From contig CAVSFE010000002.1 of assembly GCA_963727315.1 (NCBI GenBank), positions 471,723 through 535,722 of the forward strand: a DNA stretch of 64,000 bases, given 5' to 3'. This stretch comes from an uncultured Chloroflexia bacterium (GTDB lineage: Bacteria > Chloroflexota > Dehalococcoidia > Dehalococcoidales > RBG-16-60-22). Shown one piece after another: positions 42,685 to 53,698 of this stretch. Below the pieces are notes generated by a model. It saw nothing but the letters and a program-made list of their open reading frames with translations, was not told the origin of the DNA and made no database searches. How positions within the stretch are numbered: position 1 is the stretch's first letter; every line of letters begins with the position of its first letter. The position numbers and the translations under genes are program-made.

Positions 42685-44621
42685 CCGGTCGGCCTGTCAG
42701 GCGCGTCCGGTGTACTGCCGGCCGGAGGCAAATCGGCCGGAGGTGCTGATTCCTGAATCGATTTACGTCCGCGGCTCCACGGGTGCCAGACCACGACCGC
42801 GATGGCCACCAGACACAAGACGAAGAGGACAATAGCCTCGATACTTATCCCGCTAATGAAACTATCAACCGTGTTTTCAGCCACCGATATGCCCTTGTCG
42901 GCGGCGATAGTCCCAACGGCCGAACTTTGCTGCCCGACAGCCTTAACAATGGCGTCATCAATCTGAGGTCTGGCCAACGCGGAGAACACCGGCCCGGAAG
43001 CGACATAGACAATCAGGCAGGCAATAGCCAGCACCGACGCCCCCCAGACCACCCGGCTTTTCCACCCCCGCCCCCCGAGGTAGGCGATGCCCACCAGGAG
43101 CAGGGCCGGGATAAGCCAGGCGGGCCAGACCCAGGTCCGCGCGGTCCCTACCACCGAGCGGACATCCTGCAAAGACTGCCACGTTTCGGCGGCTTTCGGG
43201 TCGTCCGAGTCCGTGACGAATTTCTGCAGGTCCGCTTCGTTAAAGGTATAGCCGGTAGCGATCCACTGCCGGGCGTCATCGATGGTCTTGAGGTCGTCCG
43301 CCTTCATGTCTTTACGGAGGTCGGCATCGGTATAGGTGATGCCATCTCGCACCAGGTCTCTGGCCTGAGTAATCAGGTCCTCATCTCCATCGCTGGAAAG
43401 TGACTGGCGTATATCGGCATCGCTGAACGTAAACCGGTCCGGGAGCCAAGTATCCACGAAAGAAGCGGTCAGGCTGGCGACATCGATGTTTAAGAGAGCT
43501 TTGAAATCCGCATAAGACATATCTTCAGGGCGGTAAGAGGGAAGACTGCCCACGGGAGGATTGGCCAGCAAGTCCGCCTCCTGCGCCGGCGTGGCTACCG
43601 GGAGGGCGTTGACCACGGCCTCCAGCTTCTGGTCGGATACACGGGTGAGCACGTTGATCGCGTTCGACTTGAGATTTCCCACCGGAATTACGATGTCGAT
43701 GGTATCCCGGCTCCCCCGGAGGTAAGAAAAGACCTGCTCGACGATACTGGTGACCTGAGCCTGGTACCAGTCCAGCGTAAATACCTGTTTGACAACATCG
43801 GTGACTTCCCTTTCGGTAAAGGATATGCCCACCGGAAGCGTCATAATTGATTGAGTATTATCCTGTACGTAGGGGACTGCCAGCTCATTCAACATATAAT
43901 CGTAGGCGGCCGGCTTCATCAGGATATCGGCGATGGCAGACTCCAGGGCGTCCATCCGCCCCGACACGTCGATACGAAGAGTAAAATTCTCAGTGTCCCC
44001 GGTAATATACGGCACGATTTCGTCAATGTTGGAGTCAACCTGCGACTGTATCCAGTCGGCGGGAAGTACCGAGCGAAGCATCGACGCCACCTCGTTGTCG
44101 CTCATTTGCAGAAACGAAGGCAGGTCTTCCATTTCCTGGTACTGGTCGACGCCGAACTGAATCCCCTGGTCGTACATGTCAGTGAAAAACTTCTCGTCAT
44201 GCAGGAGATCCTTGACCGCCGCAGCGACATCTTCTACACGGTCTTTCAGGGGAATACGTACCGTGAACGAATCGGTACCGCCCAGGATATAAGGCAACAC
44301 CTGACCGATGACCTGCTCCACCTGGGCCTGAATCCACTCGGGGGGCACCGCTTCTTCCATCGCGGCGGGGACCTGCGATTTTATCTCGTCGATATCGAAG
44401 GGGACTTTGGAGGTATCCTCCTCGATTTTTATTTCGTCCAAGGCGGCGGGCAGGATATCATGGTACATGAAGTTGTAGACGTCATTCTGACGCAGCTGGT
44501 CGATATAGAAATCGGGGCTGCCGGCGGTGGCATTAACGCGATGGACAACCAGCAACAAGACAAACAGGACGATAAAGACCAGCGAAAGGGGAACGGCGAT
44601 TATCCTGCGAAACCAAATCAT
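42681..44621 (-). CDS. hypothetical membrane protein with three internal repeats
   Basis: 646 aa. N-terminal TM, C-terminal TM cluster, and three copies of a W(I/Y)Q.QV........(P/S)Y..G....F/I.. module. Confidence 0.6.
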   Translation of the reverse strand: MIWFRRIIAVPLSLVFIVLFVLLLVVHRVNATAGSPDFYIDQLRQNDVYNFMYHDILPAALDEIKIEEDTSKVPFDIDEIKSQVPAAMEEAVPPEWIQAQVEQVIGQVLPYILGGTDSFTVRIPLKDRVEDVAAAVKDLLHDEKFFTDMYDQGIQFGVDQYQEMEDLPSFLQMSDNEVASMLRSVLPADWIQSQVDSNIDEIVPYITGDTENFTLRIDVSGRMDALESAIADILMKPAAYDYMLNELAVPYVQDNTQSIMTLPVGISFTEREVTDVVKQVFTLDWYQAQVTSIVEQVFSYLRGSRDTIDIVIPVGNLKSNAINVLTRVSDQKLEAVVNALPVATPAQEADLLANPPVGSLPSYRPEDMSYADFKALLNIDVASLTASFVDTWLPDRFTFSDADIRQSLSSDGDEDLITQARDLVRDGITYTDADLRKDMKADDLKTIDDARQWIATGYTFNEADLQKFVTDSDDPKAAETWQSLQDVRSVVGTARTWVWPAWLIPALLLVGIAYLGGRGWKSRVVWGASVLAIACLIVYVASGPVFSALARPQIDDAIVKAVGQQSSAVGTIAADKGISVAENTVDSFISGISIEAIVLFVLCLVAIAVVVWHPWSRGRKSIQESAPPADLPPAGSTPDAPDRPTG

Positions 44622-44803
44622 AGTACGAATTCTCTATGACAAAGTCTAGCTAATAGCTACACCTAAATCAAGGTCATAGTGACCATAGTACTATCTTTGT
44701 CCGGTCGTTGATACCTAAAAACGACCCTTTGATGAGGCGACTTTGCATTTTTAACCAACTTTGCTATGATGTATCCGTCCAGACAGATCATGAAGGAGGA
44801 GAT

Positions 44804-45535
44804 ATGAAAAAAGGTATCCTGATTTTACTAGGCCTGGTGCTCATCGGGGCGGGGCTGGCCTCGTGCGGCGGGACGCCAACAAAAATCCAGGTGGCGACGG
44901 ACGCGACCTGGCCGCCGTTTGAATACGTCGACGACGCGACCAAGGCAATAGTAGGCTTTGATATCGACCTGATGAACGCCATAGCCGATAAAGCGAACCT
45001 CGATATCGAGTTCGTTAACGTAGGCTGGGACGCGCTTTTAGCCGGCATGGCCCAGGGAACGTATGATGCCGCTATCTCGTCTATTACCATCAGGGAAGAC
45101 CGCAAGAAAGACATGCTGTTCTCCAGCCCCTATTACGCCGCCGGTCAGATAGTCACCGTGCGTAAAGATAATACCACGATAACCGGCAAGGATACGCTTA
45201 CCGGAACCGTGGGCGCGCAGCTAGGCACCACCGGGGCCATGGAGGTGGAGAAAATCTCGACGGTTACCCTCAGGACCTATGATGAAATAGACCTGGCTTT
45301 TCAGGACCTGATGAACGGGCAGATTAACGCGGTCGTCTGTGATAATCCGGTAGCCATGCAGTATGTCGTCACTCACCCGGACAGGCTAAAAATCGCCGGG
45401 ACCGTATTTACCAGCGAATTTTACGGCATAGCCGTTGCCAAGGGAAAGACGGACCTGCTGAATAAAATCAACGACGGCCTTCAAAAAGTCCTCGACGAAG
45501 GTATAATCCAAACACTCGAAGAAAAGTGGTATTAA
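44804..45535 (+). CDS. amino acid ABC transporter substrate-binding lipoprotein
   Basis: Lipobox GAGLASCGG, then ATDATWPPFEY type-3 SBP pattern. ATG 44804 with a GAAGGAGGA RBS. Confidence 0.85.
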   Translation: MKKGILILLGLVLIGAGLASCGGTPTKIQVATDATWPPFEYVDDATKAIVGFDIDLMNAIADKANLDIEFVNVGWDALLAGMAQGTYDAAISSITIREDRKKDMLFSSPYYAAGQIVTVRKDNTTITGKDTLTGTVGAQLGTTGAMEVEKISTVTLRTYDEIDLAFQDLMNGQINAVVCDNPVAMQYVVTHPDRLKIAGTVFTSEFYGIAVAKGKTDLLNKINDGLQKVLDEGIIQTLEEKWY

Positions 45536-45558
45536 ACCGGGTAAGAAGCAGGTAAAGT

Positions 45559-46437
45559 TTGCCGCAAAAGGGACCGTTCCGGAACCTGGGTAGAATCCTT
45601 TCCGGGAGGCCGGCTAATGACGTAAAGCCAGCGTCCACCCAGGAAGAGATAAAATTTATACCGGGGTCTGAGCCGACTGCCCGGCTTGACCCCTGGTGGT
45701 GGCTGGTGGCCGCCGTCGCGGTACTTATCGCCCTGATGGCAATACTTTCGCCAGACCCTTACTGGAGAATCCTGAAATACGTCGGCGACGGCATTGGCAT
45801 CACCGTGCTGCTGACCGTCGTGTCCTTTGTCTTTATCCTTATTGTCGGGCTCATCGGCGGCCTGGGAAGAATCGCTAAAAATCCGGTCATCCACCTTATC
45901 GCCTCGCTCTATGTCGAGATAATCCGGGGCATCCCGCTGCTGGTGCAGCTTATCTGGTGGTACTTCGCGGCGCCGGTCGCCATCCAGGCGTTCGGCAAGC
46001 TCATACACGTCGACGCCATCGCCAACTACCGTTCGAACGCCATACTGCTGGCAATAGTCGGCCTGGTAATCTGCTACGGGGCTTACATGAGCGAGATTTT
46101 CCGCGCCGGCATCGAGAGCATTCATAAGGGCCAGATGGAAGCCGCGCGCAGCCTGGGCATGACCTATATGCAGTCCATGCGCCACGTAATTCTGCCTCAA
46201 GCCTTTCGGGTGGTGCTGCCGCCCGTGGGTAACGAATTTATTATGCTTATCAAAGATACTTCCCTGGTCAGCGTCGTGGCAGTGGCCGACCTGACCCGGC
46301 GCGGACGCGAGTATATGGCCGCCCACTTTAATCCTATCGAGGTATGGACGCTCGTTGCCCTGCTCTACCTGATGATGACCCTGTTTGCGGCGCGCCTGAT
46401 TGCCTGGCTGGAACAAAGAAGACGTTACGAGAGGTAG
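45559..46437 (+). CDS. amino acid ABC transporter permease
   Basis: EAARSLGM (EAA loop) and multi-TM topology. The start codon is uncertain. Confidence 0.8.
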   Translation: MPQKGPFRNLGRILSGRPANDVKPASTQEEIKFIPGSEPTARLDPWWWLVAAVAVLIALMAILSPDPYWRILKYVGDGIGITVLLTVVSFVFILIVGLIGGLGRIAKNPVIHLIASLYVEIIRGIPLLVQLIWWYFAAPVAIQAFGKLIHVDAIANYRSNAILLAIVGLVICYGAYMSEIFRAGIESIHKGQMEAARSLGMTYMQSMRHVILPQAFRVVLPPVGNEFIMLIKDTSLVSVVAVADLTRRGREYMAAHFNPIEVWTLVALLYLMMTLFAARLIAWLEQRRRYER

Positions 46438-46441
46438 CCCG

Positions 46442-47179
<738 letters not shown>

Positions 47180-47243
47180 GACAGCCACGATATGACATTC
47201 ACGGCCGGGCGCGCAGGGGTCCAGTATTAAAGCAACGCCAGTA

Positions 47244-48149
47244 GTGTTTATGCCGATATTGCGTAACTGGAAGCAGTCTCCCCGCCTCGCCCTCACCGCG
47301 CTGGTGGGCGTCACGGCGGTCTGGGGCTGGACTTTCCTTATCGTGAAAGACGCCGTCGAGAAGATGCCGGTCATGGACTTCCTGGCGGTGCGGTTTGCCC
47401 TGGCGACCGCGTTAATGCTCGTCCTACGCCCCACCTCTCTACGCCGCCTGTCGCGGCGCGGATGGCGGCACGGAGTCATTTTGGGCGTATTGCTCGGGCT
47501 GGCCTACATCACCCAGACACAGGGGCTACGCTACACCTCCCCGGCGGTCTCGGGTTTTATCACCGGCATGTCCGTCGTCTTCACCCCGATAGTCGCCTGG
47601 ATGCTCCTGCGCCAGAAAATCGGCCCCCGCACCTGGATGGCGGTAGGGCTGGCAATCGTCGGGCTGGGCCTGCTCAGCCTGCACGGCTGGTCGTTCGGCA
47701 CCGGCGAACTGCTCACGCTGGCCTGCGCCCTCTTTGTCGCCTTCCAAATCATCGGGCTGGGGCAGTGGTCGGCGGAACACGACACCTACGGACTGGCCCT
47801 CGTCCAGATCGGCACCGTGGCCGTCATCTCGCTTATCGCCGCCGCCCCCGGCGGCATCATGGCACCGCCCGATGCCCAGACCTGGGAGACGATAGGCATC
47901 ACCGCCGTGCTGGCGACGGCGGCGGCCTTCTTCGTACAGACCTGGGCACAGTCGCTGGTATCACCGACCCACGCCGCGGTGGTCCTGACGATGGAGCCGG
48001 TCTTCGCGGGCGTTTTTTCCGTAGCCTCCGGAGCCGAACAGTTAACGGTGCGGAACGTCCTCGGCGCCGTCTGCGTCCTAGTCGCCATGCTTATCGTCCA
48101 GTGGAAAACGGGGCGAAAAACCGAGCCGCCGGACAAGGCGGCGCTTTGA
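47244..48149 (+). CDS. DMT (EamA) family transporter
   Basis: 301 aa with ten-TM-like duplicated EamA architecture. Confidence 0.8.
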   Translation: MFMPILRNWKQSPRLALTALVGVTAVWGWTFLIVKDAVEKMPVMDFLAVRFALATALMLVLRPTSLRRLSRRGWRHGVILGVLLGLAYITQTQGLRYTSPAVSGFITGMSVVFTPIVAWMLLRQKIGPRTWMAVGLAIVGLGLLSLHGWSFGTGELLTLACALFVAFQIIGLGQWSAEHDTYGLALVQIGTVAVISLIAAAPGGIMAPPDAQTWETIGITAVLATAAAFFVQTWAQSLVSPTHAAVVLTMEPVFAGVFSVASGAEQLTVRNVLGAVCVLVAMLIVQWKTGRKTEPPDKAAL

Positions 48150-48187
48150 CGGGACAGGCGCAACAAAGTATAATGGACAGTTGTTGC

Positions 48188-48274
48188 GGAGGGGTGGCCG
48201 AGCGGCCTATGGCGACGGTCTTGAAAACCGTTTCCCGATTTATCGGGACGTGGGTTCGAATCCCACCCCCTCCG
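48188..48274 (+). tRNA. tRNA-Ser (anticodon UGA)
   Basis: Acceptor GGAGGGG/CCCCTCC, anticodon stem ACGGT/ACCGT with loop CTTGAAA, long variable arm TCCCGA-TTTA-TCGGGA, T-arm GTGGG-TTCGAAT-CCCAC. No encoded CCA. Confidence 0.9.
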
Positions 48275-48334
48275 TGCCTTGCGCAGAACAACTCCCGGTA
48301 AACAAAATACCGGGCCAATAAGGTCATTGAGATT

Positions 48335-49405
48335 ATGCCGGCAAAAAAGGTGTCTTCCCGGTTCCACTTCCTCGATATCTTCCTGGTGTTCGTCCCGGTC
48401 TCTATTATTTTATACTACGCGCACGCCAACGAGGTGCTGACGTTCTTTATCACGGCAGCGGCGATCATCGCCATTTCACACGTCATCATCGAGTCCACCG
48501 GCGTCATCGTCCAGCGAGTTTCCACCACCGTCGCCGCCCTGATAAACGCCACCTTCGGCAACGCCCTCGAGTTTTTTATCGCCGTTTTCGCCCTACGCCA
48601 GGGACTGGTGGACCTGGTCAAATTTTCCATGGTGGGCTCAATCGTCATCAACGTCCTGTTCCTCATCGGCCTCTCGATGCTACTCGGAGGGCTCAAGTAC
48701 AAGGAACAGCGGTTCAACAAGTCCTCGGCCGGCGTCGCTTCAACGATGCTTATCATCGTAGTAGTGGGACTGGTACTGCCATCGGCGTACAACCTGGTAC
48801 AGGGCAAGTCAGTCCCGGCGATGAGCCTGGCCGTGTCCGTGGTGCTGGGCATCGTCTACCTGCTGAGCCTGCTTTACACGCTGGTGACGCACAAGCACCT
48901 GTTCCTGGTAGAAAGGGAGTCACCGCCCTCGCCGGCCTTCCGCCCCTGGTCTTTCCGCACGGCAGCTATCATCCTGCTCTTTGCCGTCGGCCTGGGCAGC
49001 TTCGAATCTTACCTGCTGGTGAACAACATCAGCCCCCTCATCACGGAAATAGGGCTGACGCAGCGTTTCCTCGGGCTGGTGCTCATCGCCGTAATGACCA
49101 ACATCCCGGAACACATCACCGCCGTGAACTTCGCCCGCCGGAACAATATGACCATGTCGCTGGAAATAGGCATGAGCTCGGCCCTGCAGATGGCCCTGTT
49201 CGTGATACCGATTCTGGTCCTCATCAGCGGGCCCATTACCGGCACCACGCTCGACCTCGTGTTCGGGCCGTTTTCGATGATAGCCCTGGTGGCGACGGCC
49301 ATGATCGCCAATTACATCAGCGCCGACGGCATCTGCCACTGGCTGGAAGGCGCCCAGCTGATAGCCGTCTACGTGCTGATTGCCATCGCGTTTTACTTTA
49401 TCTAG
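48335..49405 (+). CDS. calcium/proton exchanger (CaCA family)
   Basis: 356 aa with alpha-repeat motifs GNALEF and NIPEH. Multi-TM. Confidence 0.85.
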   Translation: MPAKKVSSRFHFLDIFLVFVPVSIILYYAHANEVLTFFITAAAIIAISHVIIESTGVIVQRVSTTVAALINATFGNALEFFIAVFALRQGLVDLVKFSMVGSIVINVLFLIGLSMLLGGLKYKEQRFNKSSAGVASTMLIIVVVGLVLPSAYNLVQGKSVPAMSLAVSVVLGIVYLLSLLYTLVTHKHLFLVERESPPSPAFRPWSFRTAAIILLFAVGLGSFESYLLVNNISPLITEIGLTQRFLGLVLIAVMTNIPEHITAVNFARRNNMTMSLEIGMSSALQMALFVIPILVLISGPITGTTLDLVFGPFSMIALVATAMIANYISADGICHWLEGAQLIAVYVLIAIAFYFI

Positions 49406-49442
49406 CCAGGGGGACAAAGGGGGACAGGCCCACAGAATATTT

Positions 49443-51022
49443 TCAGTGGGGCAGTATGGAAACCTTATTCAGCGAGGCAAAACCCAATTCGTTCAGCGCG
49501 TAGCCCTGCACGTAAGGCTTCACCAGTATGTAGTTCTTCCCGAACCACAGCGGCAGGACGGCGGCATCGTCCACCAGCATCTGCTCCGCCTGCCGGTACA
49601 GCTCCAGGCTCTTGGCCGCATCCGCCTCGACACCCGCCTGCTCCAGCATAGCGTCCACGGCCGGATTAGAGTACTCGGCAAAGTTATTCTCGGCGCCGGT
49701 GTGGAAAAGCACGTCCAGGAAGTCCTCCGGGTGGGGATAATCGGCAACCCACCCCATATCGAACATCTCGTCCTTCTCCTCTTTAAGATGATAGACGAAA
49801 TAGTCCGGGTCCAGCATGCGCACCGTCACCTCCACGCCGAGGTTATCGCGCCACTGGGTAATGGCCGCCGCCAGCACCGGGGACAGCTGACCCCCGTAGC
49901 CGGAGGTGGTCAAAGTAATGGGCGGCAGGTTGGACTACATCGCCGTATTTAGACTGCTTGATTAACTCTCTGGCCGCGTTGACGTCATAACCCAGCCCGG
50001 ACACGTTCCCGCTAAAGCCGGGAAGGCCGGGGGGCAGAATGCCATCGGCGCGCTGCACCAGGTCGCGGAACGTCAAGCGATATTATCCTGTCCTTATCGA
50101 GGGCCAGCGTGAAAGCCTTGCGCACATTGATATCGTCAAAGGGCGGCTTGGTAGTATTGAAGCCGATCCAGTAGAAGCTCAACTCCGGGGTAACCTGGAG
50201 TTCCTTAGAAAAAGGTCCGGCGGGGTCGGTAACCCTATCGATATAGTAGACATCCACCCCGGCGACGTCGATGTCGCCGGTCTCATACATATTCATCGGC
50301 ACGCCGCTCCACAACTGGTACTCGACGCTGGCCACCCGGGCCATTTCCCCGTAATACCTCTCGTTCCTCTCGAGGACGAGCAGGTTGCTCTGCTGCCACT
50401 CTTTAAGCTTGAACGGCCCGGTGCCGTTGGGCTGACGCCACCAATCGTTTCCTTTAGCTACATTAGCCCTGTCCACGACAAAAGCCGTGGGATAGGTCAG
50501 CTTGGACAGGAAATAGACCTTGGGGGCATCAATCGTCACTTCAAGAGTCGTGTCATTAACGACCCTCACGCCGCTGATTTCCGTGGCCCTGCCCTCCAGG
50601 ACGTCCCTGGCCCCGACGATATCACCCAGATACGCGCCCGCCACCCTCGAACCGGTAGCCGGGTCACAGGCGCGCTCCCACGAATACTTGAAGTCGGCGG
50701 CGGTAACCCGGCGCCCGTCCTGAAACACGACACCATCGCGGAGATAAAAGGTATAAGTAAGGCGGTCCTGGCTTACATCCCAGCGCCCGGCGATATCCCC
50801 CACCGTCTCCAGTTTCTCGTCGAGCCGGACCAGGCCGGAGAAAATCTCCGAAATATATTCGTGGGAATTGGCATCCACTACCAACGCGGGGTCGAGCGTA
50901 ACGGGGTCGATGCCGTAAAGTTTCAGCGTCCCGGCGCCCGTGACCGTGGACTTTGGCTGGCAGGCGGTCATTGCCAGGACAGATAAGATTATAATGAACA
51001 GGACAAATTTTAATTTCTTCAT
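49443..51022 (-). pseudogene. peptide/nickel-type ABC substrate-binding lipoprotein (SBP family 5), two frameshifts as assembled
   Basis: Lipobox LAMTACQP. The N-terminal, middle (49843-50076) and C-terminal (49443-49913) fragments are collinear. Breaks lie near 50074 and 49932. Confidence 0.8.
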
Positions 51023-51242
51023 CGCTTGACCCGGAAGAGCCCTCTTAAAATAATCTTAACACAATCCAATTTCATACGCATGGTTGGATAATAATAGTAA
51101 AAATTGACATTTGGCATATTATATGCTACCATAACGACTATTGACACCATTATTATAGGGTTGCCAGCGACGCGCGAATAACGCCGCGCGGCGGCCAAAC
51201 GCACACAGCGGGGATACAGTCTGTGTGACCTCCTTTATCATA

Positions 51243-51289
51243 GTGGGCCGTGCATTCGACTCGGGGGATGCATGGCCCACAGTTTTTTA
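51243..51289 (+). terminator. strong intrinsic terminator inside the 5' leader of the cupin-like gene
   Basis: 13-bp stem GTGGGCCGTGCAT / ATGCATGGCCCAC (one G-U pair), 12-nt loop, then AGTTTTTT. It lies 80 nt upstream of ATG 51368. Confidence 0.65.
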
Positions 51290-51367
51290 GCTATCAGCGA
51301 TCAGTATTTGAAATAAAATGAACGGTGAACATATAATTATGGAGAAAAAACATTAAGGAGAAAATAG

Positions 51368-51862
51368 ATGGTCTCAAAGAAGTACGCCAAATACTATAAA
51401 AGCAAACCCGTGGGAGATTTCACCAAGCTCTACCCGGCCCTCACCGCCCCGTCCTTCCACATCTGGGGCAGGGAATGGAACTCCGGCTACCGGATGGACT
51501 GGTTCTGCGTCACGGAGCCCTTCCTGATGATCAACGAACCCCATACCCACGATTTCGACCAGTTCCTGGCGTTCCAGAATGCCGACGCGACCAGAGTCAA
51601 CGAATTCGACGCCGAGGTCTGGCTTTACGTAGGGCCGAAGGGCAACCAGGAAAAATTCGTCATCACCGAAACCTGCTTCGTGCATATACCGGCCGGCATG
51701 GTCCACACGCCGCTGGAGTTCAAGATAATCCGCCAGCCCATCGTCTTCATGGACATCGCGCTGACCGCCCAATACGTGCGCGAACCGGAAGACAAGACCA
51801 AACCGGTCATGAGAGAGGAGCACCGGGAGCTGCCCGGAGCCAAAAAGGGAAAGGGCCGCTAA
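51368..51862 (+). CDS. cupin-like protein of unknown function (same family as 32628-33423)
   Basis: 164 aa. EPHTHDFDQF and IPAGMVHTP motifs are shared with the bicupin. Confidence 0.6.
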   Translation: MVSKKYAKYYKSKPVGDFTKLYPALTAPSFHIWGREWNSGYRMDWFCVTEPFLMINEPHTHDFDQFLAFQNADATRVNEFDAEVWLYVGPKGNQEKFVITETCFVHIPAGMVHTPLEFKIIRQPIVFMDIALTAQYVREPEDKTKPVMREEHRELPGAKKGKGR

Positions 51863-52569
51863 AATAAGCCCAGTCGTTTCAAGCTGGCATGGCTCTTCCC
51901 GCCGATGATAACATGGTCGAGGACGTCAATGCCGACAATCTCTCCGGCCTCGGCCAGCCTCTTGGTCAGCATAATATCGTCCTCCGAAGCCTCGGTGTCT
52001 TCAGACGGGTGGTTGTGGACGAAAATGACCGAAGCGGCGCTCGCGGAGATAGCTTCCTTAAATACTTCCCTGGGATGGACCACGCTGCTGTCCAGGCTGC
52101 CGATGGATATCTCAGCCACCCTAATCAACTGATTACGCGTATCCAGCAACACCGCCAGGAAATACTCTTTCTTCTTACCCTTGAGCCTACCCTGCACCAG
52201 ATTGAAAACGTCCTCAGGCGTCTTGACTAAAGTCTTTCCCGCAGCTTCCGAATAACCTTCCACCCGGGTGGACAGCTCCACGGCCGCCTGAATCTGGGCC
52301 GCCTTGGCCAGGCCGATACCGCGCACCTGGGAAAGCTCCTCCAGGGAAGCGCCGGCCACCCCCTTCAAGCCCCCGAACTGACTGAGCAACCTCTGCGCGG
52401 TCACCATCACCGATTCCCCGGCAATGCCCCTCCCCAGGATAAGCGCCAGGATTTCCTGGGCGGACAAGGCTTCCGTCCCCAGCCTTTGCAATCGCTCCCG
52501 CGGCCTATCGGCCACCGGCAAATCGTGGATGGTCATGGAGGTATGTTTTACGTCAGAAGGCTTTTTCAT
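51859..52569 (-). CDS. radC: RadC-family JAB-domain protein
   Basis: 236 aa. HhH region (GIGLAKAAQI) and a JAB-like VHNHPS motif. Confidence 0.85.
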   Translation of the reverse strand: MKKPSDVKHTSMTIHDLPVADRPRERLQRLGTEALSAQEILALILGRGIAGESVMVTAQRLLSQFGGLKGVAGASLEELSQVRGIGLAKAAQIQAAVELSTRVEGYSEAAGKTLVKTPEDVFNLVQGRLKGKKKEYFLAVLLDTRNQLIRVAEISIGSLDSSVVHPREVFKEAISASAASVIFVHNHPSEDTEASEDDIMLTKRLAEAGEIVGIDVLDHVIIGGKSHASLKRLGLF

Positions 52570-52588
52570 GCCAGCACCCCTTTATAGG

Positions 52589-53698
52589 CTAATGAACCGC
52601 CGCGCCCTCCAGAGAGACTAACCAGGCGGCGTTGAGCCCGTCCATATCAAAACCATAGACTTTATTCAAAGCCTCGTCGTAACCGCTGCCCCGCCCGAAA
52701 GTATTCAACAGCGCCAGCATACTGTCCCGCCCGAATTCAGTAATGAGATAGTTCACCACCTCGTAGCTCTCGGCATAACTTAACAACGACTCGTAGGTAT
52801 CGGCGGAAAACGGACTGGAAAGGCTGCGCAACGAGATAAGGGTGTTATTTTTTTCGGCCTGGGAGAAAACATCCGCAAACGCAGGGTCCAGCGCGCCTTC
52901 CGAGACCATCGCCAGGCCCTCGTCGAGCCAGACGGGCAAAATGTTATAAGGGTTGAAGGTCACCTGATTAACCACCAGGTGAGTCAGCTCGTGGGCGATA
53001 GCCCCTTGGCCCCAATCGAGTCCAGCGGCGTCCGTGGTAATGCCGATGGTGATGATGCCGTACTCGCTAAAAGCGACCCCGCCCGTCCACTCCTGAGGAA
53101 AGATCATCGAGCCCTGCAGGTCCGCCGAGCTGGCGTAAATATAAAGACTGACCGGGGAAACTAGCTCCGCGCCGGTGTTATCGGCGAGTCGGGACAGGGC
53201 ACCCTGCACGGCATCCATTAACGAACCGGCAAAATCATCGTCGCCCTGGTACCAGTAAAGCATGACATTGCCCCGGGTGATATTACGCCAGTCGTAACGG
53301 TCATCGTCCATACGGACCGCGGCGGGAACCGTTTCCAGTTTTCCGCCGCCGGCATCGGACAGTGTCCACCAGTATTCTACGCTCGAACCCGGCGGCAGCC
53401 CGCCGGACATCCTCATGTCCCAAAGCCACTGCGACGTCACCCGGGTCGCCGGGGTAAATTGAACAGGTATTTCACTCACTACCCGGGCGAAAGACAGGCG
53501 GTCGACGATATAATGAAGGCGGATATCAGTAATATTGAAATCGCTGGCGGCGGTGATATTGAAAGTAAGGCTGGCCGGGAAATTCACGTCGACCGAACTC
53601 CGGGTTATCGCCAGCGGGCCGGCGGCGCTCACCCCGACGGGTATTAAAAGCCCAAGCAGCAATACGGCCAGACCCAGGAACGCTATTTTTTTAATCAT
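52589..53698 (-). CDS. secreted peptidase MA-like zinc metalloprotease
   Basis: 369 aa with a signal/TM N-terminus and an HELTH zinc motif. Confidence 0.65.
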   Translation of the reverse strand: MIKKIAFLGLAVLLLGLLIPVGVSAAGPLAITRSSVDVNFPASLTFNITAASDFNITDIRLHYIVDRLSFARVVSEIPVQFTPATRVTSQWLWDMRMSGGLPPGSSVEYWWTLSDAGGGKLETVPAAVRMDDDRYDWRNITRGNVMLYWYQGDDDFAGSLMDAVQGALSRLADNTGAELVSPVSLYIYASSADLQGSMIFPQEWTGGVAFSEYGIITIGITTDAAGLDWGQGAIAHELTHLVVNQVTFNPYNILPVWLDEGLAMVSEGALDPAFADVFSQAEKNNTLISLRSLSSPFSADTYESLLSYAESYEVVNYLITEFGRDSMLALLNTFGRGSGYDEALNKVYGFDMDGLNAAWLVSLEGAAVH

